DNA of 22,579 nt from an uncultured bacterium (lineage in GTDB: Bacteria > Lernaellota > Lernaellaia > Lernaellales > Lernaellaceae): positions 1 to 22,579 of the forward strand of contig CAZHPN010000090.1 in assembly GCA_964534375.1 (NCBI GenBank), read 5' to 3'. A program made the position numbers and the translations under genes. Positions 15,775-22,579 of the stretch are shown piece by piece. The notes under the pieces are model-generated. The model had not been told where the DNA came from. It saw only the letters and a program-made list of their open reading frames with translations, and did no database searches. Position 1 is the first letter of the stretch, and each line of letters opens with the position of its first letter.

Positions 15775-18700
15775 ATGCCCGAGCCGCGAAACGACCCTGC
15801 TGCCGACCGTAATTTTCCTTTCGGCTTCCATTTGTCGCGGAAAGCATGGAACCGCTGGGACATCCGCGCCGCCTCGGCGGTGATCCGCCCCGGCGACGCC
15901 GCGTCGATCGTCAACGGCACGCGGCGGCTGGCGCAGCAAATCAATGAAAAGAGACGGCTTTCGTCGCATTTTGTGCAGCCGGTTCAGGGCGGCCAATTGG
16001 TCGCCATTGGTCTGATTGACGATGTCTTGCGGTACATCGTCGAACTGTATTGGGTGGAACAACAACCCGGCGTCGTCGCGGACGCCCTGCGCGCAACCGG
16101 CGAGCAGCGCGGCCACCTGATCGTCGAGTTGCCGCCGCCGGCGTTTCTGCGGCATTTCCCGCCGCAGGCCGTCGCGCTCGACAAGCAAAAGACCGACGAC
16201 TATCTGCGCGACTCGACGAAAGTCATTCTCTACCGGCGCGCGACGAACGAAGAAATCCTCTCCGGCGAATTGGCGTTGCTGGCGCTGGCGATGGCGAACC
16301 CGGCTTTCCGGCCGGCCCGCGAGTTGTTCGACGACGAAGACCTGCGGAAAGACGCGCCGTACCAGGTGCTGGTCGACGGTCTCGACCGCTATTTCGAAAG
16401 CAAGCCGCCGGTGCGGGAAATCGGCCTGACGTTGTTCGCCGCGCTGCGGGCGCCGATGGCGGCGAGCCCCGATTCGCTCGAAGGGCAACTGGAGTTCATT
16501 CTGAAGAATTGGGCCTCGTTTCTGCCGGCCGAACTGCTCGAACGGCTGGCGATTGCGGCCAACATCCTTAAAGAGGAAGAGCGCCAGCGCGGTTTCGGCC
16601 CGGGGGCGATCGCGGCGCTGACCTTCGGCCGCGACGCTTTCGCGTATTTGTACGACGAGCCGGCCGCGTTCAGCCACGACGCCGACTGGATGTCGAACGT
16701 CGTGCTGCTGGCGAAAACCGTGTACGTCTGGCTCGATCAGTTGTCGAAGAAATATCGGCGTCACATCCGCCTGCTGTCCGACGTGCCCGACGAGGAACTG
16801 GACCGCCTCGGCCGCTGGGGCTTCACCGGCCTGTGGCTGATCGGCGTCTGGCAGCGCTCGCCGGCGTCGCAGAAAATCAAGCAGATCATGGGCAACAGCG
16901 AGGCGGCGCCGTCGGCGTATTCGCTGTACGACTACGTCATCGCCGACGACCTGGGCGGCGAGGCGGCGTACGCGAACCTGCGCGAACGCGCCTGGCGGCG
17001 GGGCATTCGCCTGGCCAGCGACATGGTGCCCAATCACATGGGCATTTACTCGAAGTGGGTGATCGAGCACCCGCAATGGTTCCTGCAAAGTCCGTGGCCG
17101 CCGTTCCCCGGGTATCGCTACGGCGGCGCCAATCTCTCGGACGATCCGCGCGTGCGCCTGGTGATCGAAGACGGCTATTGGGAACGGCGCGACGCGGCGG
17201 TGACCTTCTTGCGCGTCGACGAATGGACAGGCGAGCATCGCTTCATCTACCACGGCAACGACGGCACAAATATGCCGTGGAACGACACGGCGCAGTTGAA
17301 TTTTCTGCTGCCCGAGGTGCGCGAGGCGGTAATTCAGACGATCCTGCACGTCGCGCGCAAGTTCCCGATCATTCGGTTCGACGCTGCGATGACCCTCGCC
17401 AAGCGGCATTTCCACCGCCTCTGGTTCCCGCCGGCCGGGGAGGGCGGGGCGATCCCGTCGCGCGCCGAACACGGCATGACCAAAGAGCAATTCGACGCCG
17501 TTTTCCCGAAAGAATTCTGGCGCGAGGTGGTCGATCGCGTCGCGGCCGAAGCGCCGGACACGCTGCTGCTGGCCGAGGCCTTTTGGTTGATGGAAGGCTA
17601 CTTCGTCCGCACGCTGGGCATGCACCGCGTCTACAACAGTTCGTTCATGAACATGCTGAAAATGGAGGACAACGCCAAGTACCGCACGACGGTGAAGAAC
17701 GTCCTCGAATTCAGCCCGGAGGTGCTCAAGCGCTTCGTCAACTTCATGAACAACCCCGACGAGGACACGGCCGTCGCGCAGTTCGGCCGCGGCGACAAGT
17801 ATTTCGGCGTCGCGGTAATGATGGTCACGATGCCGGGCCTGCCGATGTTCGGCCACGGCCAAGTGGAAGGCTTCACCGAAAAGTACGGCATGGAATATCG
17901 CCGAGCGTACTGGGACGAAACGGTCGACGAGGAAATGGTGCGGCGGCACGAGACGGAAATCTTCCCGCTGATGCGCCGCCGCCGGCTGTTCAGCGGCGCC
18001 GAGAACTTCGCGTTCTACGATTTCTTCCGGCCCGAGGGCTGGGTCGACGAGAATGTCTTCGCCTACTCCAACCGCGCCGACGGCGAACGCGCGATCGTCA
18101 TCTACAACAACGCGTACAGCACGACGAGCGGCTGGCTGCGGATGTCCACCGCCATCAACGCGGGCGGCGTCGAAGACAAGAAACTCGTGCGCCGGACCCT
18201 CGCCGAGAGCCTGGCGCTCAACATGGACGAGCACATCTATTACGTGTTTCGCAATCAACAGAACGGGCTCGAATATCTCCGCCATACGCAGCATCTCGCC
18301 GACAACGGCCTGTTCGCCTCGCTGCAAGGCTATCAGTACCAGGCGTTCCTCGATTTCCGCGAGGTCTACGACGCCGACGGTTCGTGGGGGCGGCTCGCGT
18401 TGCGGCTCGACGGCCGCGGCGTGCCTGACATCTCCGCCGCGCACCGCGAACTCGCGCTCGATCCGGTGCTCGCGCCGTTCCGCGCAATGCTCAACGCCGA
18501 CAACCTGCGCGCGTTTCTGACCGGCGCGTCCGACGCGCTGCCGCGCTACGAACAAGCGCTGGCCGTGTTTTTGGCCGCGGCGCGCGACTTCACCGCGTCC
18601 GCGGTCGACCTGAAAGGGCTGCAAAAAACCGCGTCCGCCGAATTGGCGGCGCTGATCGCAATGCGCGCGCGGCTGGCGGAGCCGCCGGCCGATGGCGCGG

Positions 18701-19314
18701 CGCCGCCGCCGTTCCTGCTGCCTGGCTTCGATTTCGCGGCGTTCGAACCGGTGCTCGTCGCCTGGGTCGCGCTGAGCCGCGCGGGAAAATTCCTGCCGCC
18801 GCCGGCCCCGGCCGACGCGCCGTTCGACGACTGGATGCTGGGCGAAGCCCTGGTGGAGACCTTCCGCGGCATCGGCGAAAACGAGGCCGCCGCGTACTTC
18901 GATTCGTTGCTGGCGCGCGTGCTCACGGCGCACGGCGCGCTGCTGCTCGGCGGCGGCGACGAGCCGTTCGTCGAAAGGCCTCGCCGGCTGTTCCAAGATC
19001 CGGCGGCGCAGCGCTATTTGTACACGAACGTTCACGAAGGCCGCACCTACGTGAACAAGGAGCAGCTCGAAAAGACTATGCAGGCGCTGCTGCTGGCGAC
19101 GTCGATCTGCTGCCGCGAGACGCCCGCCGGCCAACGGCAAATGGGCGGGGCGCGCGACGCCGCCGAGCGCGTGCTGAAAGCGGCCGTCGTCGCCAACTAT
19201 CAAGTTGACGTAATCGTTCGGCTGTTGGACGATGAGCCGCCAAACGAAAAGAAAAAAGCGAATAAGAAAAAATCGCCGGCGAAACCGGGCAAAAACGTGT
19301 CGCGAAAGGGTTGA
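15775..19314 (+). CDS. Large alpha-amylase family (GH13) glycoside hydrolase (1179 aa)
   Basis: SD GGAGGA. GH13 regions SAYSLYDY, DMVPNH (I), IRFDAAM (II, nucleophile Asp), LAEAFW (III, acid/base Glu), FMNNPDE (IV), TMPGLPMFGHGQ. Confidence 0.92.
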   Translation: MPEPRNDPAADRNFPFGFHLSRKAWNRWDIRAASAVIRPGDAASIVNGTRRLAQQINEKRRLSSHFVQPVQGGQLVAIGLIDDVLRYIVELYWVEQQPGVVADALRATGEQRGHLIVELPPPAFLRHFPPQAVALDKQKTDDYLRDSTKVILYRRATNEEILSGELALLALAMANPAFRPARELFDDEDLRKDAPYQVLVDGLDRYFESKPPVREIGLTLFAALRAPMAASPDSLEGQLEFILKNWASFLPAELLERLAIAANILKEEERQRGFGPGAIAALTFGRDAFAYLYDEPAAFSHDADWMSNVVLLAKTVYVWLDQLSKKYRRHIRLLSDVPDEELDRLGRWGFTGLWLIGVWQRSPASQKIKQIMGNSEAAPSAYSLYDYVIADDLGGEAAYANLRERAWRRGIRLASDMVPNHMGIYSKWVIEHPQWFLQSPWPPFPGYRYGGANLSDDPRVRLVIEDGYWERRDAAVTFLRVDEWTGEHRFIYHGNDGTNMPWNDTAQLNFLLPEVREAVIQTILHVARKFPIIRFDAAMTLAKRHFHRLWFPPAGEGGAIPSRAEHGMTKEQFDAVFPKEFWREVVDRVAAEAPDTLLLAEAFWLMEGYFVRTLGMHRVYNSSFMNMLKMEDNAKYRTTVKNVLEFSPEVLKRFVNFMNNPDEDTAVAQFGRGDKYFGVAVMMVTMPGLPMFGHGQVEGFTEKYGMEYRRAYWDETVDEEMVRRHETEIFPLMRRRRLFSGAENFAFYDFFRPEGWVDENVFAYSNRADGERAIVIYNNAYSTTSGWLRMSTAINAGGVEDKKLVRRTLAESLALNMDEHIYYVFRNQQNGLEYLRHTQHLADNGLFASLQGYQYQAFLDFREVYDADGSWGRLALRLDGRGVPDISAAHRELALDPVLAPFRAMLNADNLRAFLTGASDALPRYEQALAVFLAAARDFTASAVDLKGLQKTASAELAALIAMRARLAEPPADGAAPPPFLLPGFDFAAFEPVLVAWVALSRAGKFLPPPAPADAPFDDWMLGEALVETFRGIGENEAAAYFDSLLARVLTAHGALLLGGGDEPFVERPRRLFQDPAAQRYLYTNVHEGRTYVNKEQLEKTMQALLLATSICCRETPAGQRQMGGARDAAERVLKAAVVANYQVDVIVRLLDDEPPNEKKKANKKKSPAKPGKNVSRKG

Positions 19315-19317
19315 TTC

Positions 19318-19752
19318 ATGGCGCACACCTGCGAAGCTGCGGTCGTGATTTGCGAAGATTTTCGGCTGCACCAACGGAAAAACGACCGCAACGTGGCGGC
19401 GGGTTTCGTTTCGGCGCTGGGCGGCGAATGCGACGTGATCACCCGCGGCGGCGCCATCCAAGATCTGGTGCGGCCGCAGCAAGGATTCGACGAATCGCTG
19501 CGCCGCGACCTGGCCGTGTCGGTCAATCTGCACGCCGTGAAGACGATTTATCTGATCAATCACGAAAATTGCGGCGCGTACGCCCAGTTCCAGTTCGCGG
19601 ATCGAAATACGGAAATAATGCAGCATTCCAACGATTTGCAGAAAGCGAAGGAACGCGTGGCGGCCTGGTTTCCCGGCGTTGACGTCCAGATCCGTTTCGC
19701 TCGCTTGGAGTCCGGCAGCGCCGATCAGTACGTGATCGGCGACGTCATGTAG
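19318..19752 (+). CDS. Beta-class carbonic anhydrase-like protein (144 aa)
   Basis: Zn-ligand pattern C-x-D-x-R (CEDFR) and H-x-x-C (HENCGAY), plus TRGG. Starts 3 nt after the GH13 stop. Confidence 0.75.
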   Translation: MAHTCEAAVVICEDFRLHQRKNDRNVAAGFVSALGGECDVITRGGAIQDLVRPQQGFDESLRRDLAVSVNLHAVKTIYLINHENCGAYAQFQFADRNTEIMQHSNDLQKAKERVAAWFPGVDVQIRFARLESGSADQYVIGDVM

Positions 19753-19789
19753 GCGTCCGAAAAAAAATGCGCCGGACCTGCAAAAAGTG

Positions 19790-19818
19790 CTGGCAAACGC
19801 CGGCGATTTGTGTATAAT
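19790..19818 (+). promoter_or_regulatory. Putative sigma70 promoter
   Basis: CTGGCA-17 nt-TATAAT (perfect -10 at 19813-19818) in an AT-rich gap. Confidence 0.65.
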
Positions 19819-19824
19819 TTGAAT

Positions 19825-19918
19825 CGGTAGTTGCGTGATTGAAAACATAGGCTGCGGGGCTCGGTTCGAAGTGTCCTCCCCAATCCTCCCACGCCGAGCC
19901 CCGCAGCATTAAATTTTT
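19825..19918 (+). ncRNA. Candidate small RNA or 5' leader with a 14-bp stem and a loop carrying two UCCUCCC motifs
   Basis: Perfect inverted repeat GCTGCGGGGCTCGG (19851-19864) / CCGAGCCCCGCAGC (19894-19907); loop has TCCTCCC at 19874-19880 and 19884-19890; followed by ATTAAATTTTT; lies just downstream of the promoter. Ends are inferred. Confidence 0.5.
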
Positions 19919-19924
19919 AAAGCC

Positions 19925-20329
19925 ATGAATTGTCTGTTGCCGCCGCACGAGGCCCGCGAGTTGATCGAGCAGGCCCGCGGCGCGATGCGCCGCGCCGTCG
20001 CGCCCGTCTCCGGTTTTCCGGTCGGCGCGGCGCTGCTCGCGGCGAGCGGCGCGGTAGCGACCGGCTGCAACGTCGAAAGCCGCAGCCTGCTGCAGGTCTT
20101 CTGCGCGGAACGCACCGCGCTCTTGCGCGCGCTCGCCGACGGCGAACGAGAATTCACCCACCTTGCGGTCGTCGCGGAAAAACAGGCGCCGATCGCCCCC
20201 TGCGGCCTCTGCCGTCAAATGCTTTCCGAGTTCGCGCCGGACGTGACGATCCTGACCGAAGACGCCCAGGGCGCCATCATTCAACGGCCGCTGGCCGACT
20301 ATTTACCTTTTCCGTTCCCAGGGCCCTAA
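19925..20329 (+). CDS. cdd: Cytidine deaminase, homotetrameric type (134 aa)
   Basis: APVSGFPVGAAL, GCNVE, CAERTA, PCGLCRQ (three Cys Zn ligands and catalytic Glu), C-terminal LPFPF. Confidence 0.88.
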   Translation: MNCLLPPHEARELIEQARGAMRRAVAPVSGFPVGAALLAASGAVATGCNVESRSLLQVFCAERTALLRALADGEREFTHLAVVAEKQAPIAPCGLCRQMLSEFAPDVTILTEDAQGAIIQRPLADYLPFPFPGP

Positions 20330-20341
20330 TCGGGCGTCGCC

Positions 20342-20376
20342 AATTCGCCAATTGCCATTCGCCATTCTCCATTCTG
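20342..20376. repeat. Five degenerate 7-bp tandem repeats (CATTCGC-like)
   Basis: AATTCGC-CAATTGC-CATTCGC-CATTCTC-CATTCTG. Confidence 0.7.
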
Positions 20377-20467
20377 CGTCGGACGACCGAAAAAACTGCT
20401 TGCGACGTGACCCACGTGGACGGGCCATGGCGTGGCCGGAAGCGCTCAGGTTCGTGCGATGGGTCCG

Positions 20468-20537
20468 GCATTCCGCATTCCGCATTCGGCATTCCGCATT
20501 CCGCATTCGGCACTTCGCATTCGGCATTCCGCATTTG
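20468..20537. repeat. Ten 7-bp tandem repeats GCATTC(C/G)
   Basis: GCATTCC-GCATTCC-GCATTCG-GCATTCC-GCATTCC-GCATTCG-GCACTTC-GCATTCG-GCATTCC-GCATTTG. Confidence 0.95.
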
Positions 20538-20563
20538 CGACGCGCCGCGGAAAGGGCTAGATT
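20535..20563 (+). promoter_or_regulatory. Putative sigma70 promoter of plsB
   Basis: TTGCGA-17 nt-TAGATT; the predicted +1 falls at about 20570. Confidence 0.55.
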
Positions 20564-20569
20564 TTCGGC

Positions 20570-22579
20570 ATGGTCAATAATCGCGGGATGTCCAACGGCG
20601 CGAGGGCGGTCGAACGCGCCAAACCGCGCCATTTCCGGCGTTTTCTGCGCGGCTCGTTCGACCACTACAGCACGATCCTGCACGGCCGCTTCAGTTGGCT
20701 GCTCGACCGCATTTTTCAGTTCTTCTTCGGCCACGTCTCGTTCAGCGACGCGGACCGTGCGGAGATCCAACGCGCCGCGGAAAAGGGCGCGCTGTGCTAT
20801 GTCATCCGCAGCCCGAGCCGGCTCGATTATCTGCTGCTCTCGTACAAGTTGCGCCGCGAAGGCCTGCCGTATCCGCAGTTCTGCCATTACATGTCGGTTT
20901 TCTTGTGGCAGCCGTGGACGACCGCGTTGCGGCGCGTCGTCGGCGTGATCGTCAGTTTTTTCGAGCGGCAGGGGTATCCGAATCCGTACACTAACGGTTT
21001 CGTCGAGGAGTTGGCGGCGAATCGGATTCCGATGCTGCTGCCGCTGCACAGTTTCGGCGGCCTGCCGTGGCGCTTTTCGCGCGGGCGGCGCGGTTTCGAC
21101 CCGTTGCAGGAGTTGATGCGGATTCGGCGGGAGACCGAGCGCGCGATCATCATGGCGCCGCTGGTGACGATTTACGGCCGCCGCCCGGATCGGGAAACCC
21201 GCACCATGCTGGATATGCTCGCCGGCCCGTCGGACAACCCCGGCCGGCTGCGCCGCTTCTGGATGTTCCTGACCAATCGCAAACATATTTACGTCAAGGC
21301 CGCGCAGCCGCAGAGCTTGGAGGACCTCGAGGAAGCGGTCGGCATGAAGGTGCCGGCGATGGTCGATCCGGAGCCGGAAACCGCCTATCACATCCGCCAG
21401 ACGCTGCTGGAGCGGATCGAGACCGAACGCCGCATCGTGCTGGGGCCGGCGCGGAAAAGCCGGGCGGAAATGATTGAAATGGTGCTGCACGACCGCGGCT
21501 TCCTGGCCTCGCTCATGGAGTACTGCAAGAAGAACAACGAGCCGTTTATCGAGACCCGCCGCCGCGCACGCCGCTATCTCGAAGAAATGGCCGCCGATCT
21601 GCGCCCGCGGGCGCTCGGCTTCCTGCGGTTCGTGCTCGACCGCCTGCTGCCGCGCCTCTACCAGGGTCTCGAGGTCGATGTCGCGGGCCTGGAACAGGTC
21701 CGCCGCGTGCTGCGGCAGATGCCCGTCGTCTTCGTGCCCTCGCACAAGAGCCACGTCGACTATTTGATTCTCGGCTACGTCCTCGACCAGCAGCAGGCGC
21801 CGCAGCCGCTGACCGTCGCCGGCATCAACCTCAATTTTTGGCCGATCGGCCCGCTCTTTCGCGGCGCCGGCGCGTTTTTCATCCGGCGCTCGTTCCGCGG
21901 CAAACGCATTTATTCGCTGTGCCTGACGAAATACCTGGAAGCCGTCCTGCGCGAGGGCCTGAGCGTCACCTTTTTCGTCGAGGGCGGCCGCAGCCGCATC
22001 GGCAAACTGCTGCCGCCGAAAACCGGTTTCCTGCAATATCTGCTGCAAGCCGCGGCAGGCGCGAACCGCACCGAGGTCGCCTTCGTGCCGGTGTCGATCA
22101 GTTACGAGCGAATTTTCGAGGAGCGCTTCTACACCAACGAGGCCGCCGGCAAGCCCAGCGAGGGCGAGAACCTCGGCACGATGATCCGCCACCGGCGGCT
22201 GCTCGCCAAATCGCGCGGCCGCGTCTGGATCGATTTCTGCAAGCCGATCCTGCTGGGCGACATGCTCTGGAACCAGGGCGGGGCCGGCTCCGACGACGAA
22301 CGCCGGCGCGACGTGGCCACTACGATCGCCCACCGCGTGGTGCATGCCATCAACGAACGCCAACCGGTGACGGCCTACGCCGTCGCCGCCGAGGCGCTGC
22401 TGGCCGGCGCCCGGCGCGGCGTGCCCGCGGAAACGGTGAGCCGCCGCTGCGATCTGCTGACCGAGTACCTGGCCGACGCCGGCGCGGTCATGCCCGAAAA
22501 CCAGGTCGGCCTGGGCACGATCCTCGCGGCGATGGTCGCCGAAAAATCGCTCACGTTCGAAGAAGACGACACGGGCGAG
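20570..22579 (+). CDS. plsB: Glycerol-3-phosphate O-acyltransferase (PlsB family), 5' part, runs off the window
   Basis: Not in the ORF track because there is no stop in the window. Frame from ATG 20570 (or 20588) contains VPSHKSHVDY (HxxxxD), AGINLNFWPIG, GAFFIRRSF, FFVEGGRSRIGKLLPPKTG, VPVSISYERIFE. Confidence 0.9.
   Translation, partial: MVNNRGMSNGARAVERAKPRHFRRFLRGSFDHYSTILHGRFSWLLDRIFQFFFGHVSFSDADRAEIQRAAEKGALCYVIRSPSRLDYLLLSYKLRREGLPYPQFCHYMSVFLWQPWTTALRRVVGVIVSFFERQGYPNPYTNGFVEELAANRIPMLLPLHSFGGLPWRFSRGRRGFDPLQELMRIRRETERAIIMAPLVTIYGRRPDRETRTMLDMLAGPSDNPGRLRRFWMFLTNRKHIYVKAAQPQSLEDLEEAVGMKVPAMVDPEPETAYHIRQTLLERIETERRIVLGPARKSRAEMIEMVLHDRGFLASLMEYCKKNNEPFIETRRRARRYLEEMAADLRPRALGFLRFVLDRLLPRLYQGLEVDVAGLEQVRRVLRQMPVVFVPSHKSHVDYLILGYVLDQQQAPQPLTVAGINLNFWPIGPLFRGAGAFFIRRSFRGKRIYSLCLTKYLEAVLREGLSVTFFVEGGRSRIGKLLPPKTGFLQYLLQAAAGANRTEVAFVPVSISYERIFEERFYTNEAAGKPSEGENLGTMIRHRRLLAKSRGRVWIDFCKPILLGDMLWNQGGAGSDDERRRDVATTIAHRVVHAINERQPVTAYAVAAEALLAGARRGVPAETVSRRCDLLTEYLADAGAVMPENQVGLGTILAAMVAEKSLTFEEDDTGE

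Noticed and set aside
15712..19848. 1378-aa antisense ORF opposite the GH13 gene
   Set aside because: No recognisable motifs; long stop-free antisense frames are expected opposite strongly GC-biased genes. The same applies to 20303..22363, 10557..12065, 9704..11950, 4593..5852 and similar Arg/Ala/Gly-rich shadow ORFs.
19861..19893. GGTTCGAA as a tRNA T-loop
   Set aside because: The surrounding sequence forms one long hairpin with no D arm, anticodon arm or acceptor stem.
20277..20534. ORF with repeated MRNAEC/MPNAEC units as a repeat peptide or RiPP precursor
   Set aside because: It is simply the translation of the 7-bp DNA array, overlaps the cdd 3' end in antisense, and has no SD or nearby modifying enzymes.

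Overview
GC-rich bacterial chromosomal window. The left 3.7 kb is an accessory islet bracketed by a ~110-bp imperfect direct repeat of the 3' end of a fumarylacetoacetate-hydrolase-family gene (101-209 and 3718-3827). The islet carries an eroded REP-associated (Y1/RAYT-like) transposase fragment between inverted repeats, two tandem paralogous membrane-anchored 'WGSSxxDV' beta-propeller genes (one with an in-frame TAG at a conserved Trp) and several palindromic repeats. Next come a translationally coupled dapA-dapB-FAH operon (minus strand) and, divergently, a secreted helical protein plus an AmmeMemoRadiSam-type radical SAM enzyme with a twin-arginine signal peptide. These are followed by an SGNH hydrolase, an LtaS/sulfatase-family membrane protein and a small Cys-rich protein. 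A NarL/LuxR regulator is flanked by three apparent pseudo-enzymes (atypical receiver, degenerate HATPase, degenerate SDR). The right end holds a large GH13 alpha-amylase-family gene, a beta-carbonic-anhydrase-like gene, a candidate small RNA with anti-Shine-Dalgarno loop motifs, cdd, 7-bp tandem repeat arrays and the 5' part of a possibly leaderless plsB. No tRNA, rRNA, CRISPR array or intact integrase/transposase was seen. All family calls come from motif recognition by eye, not database searches.
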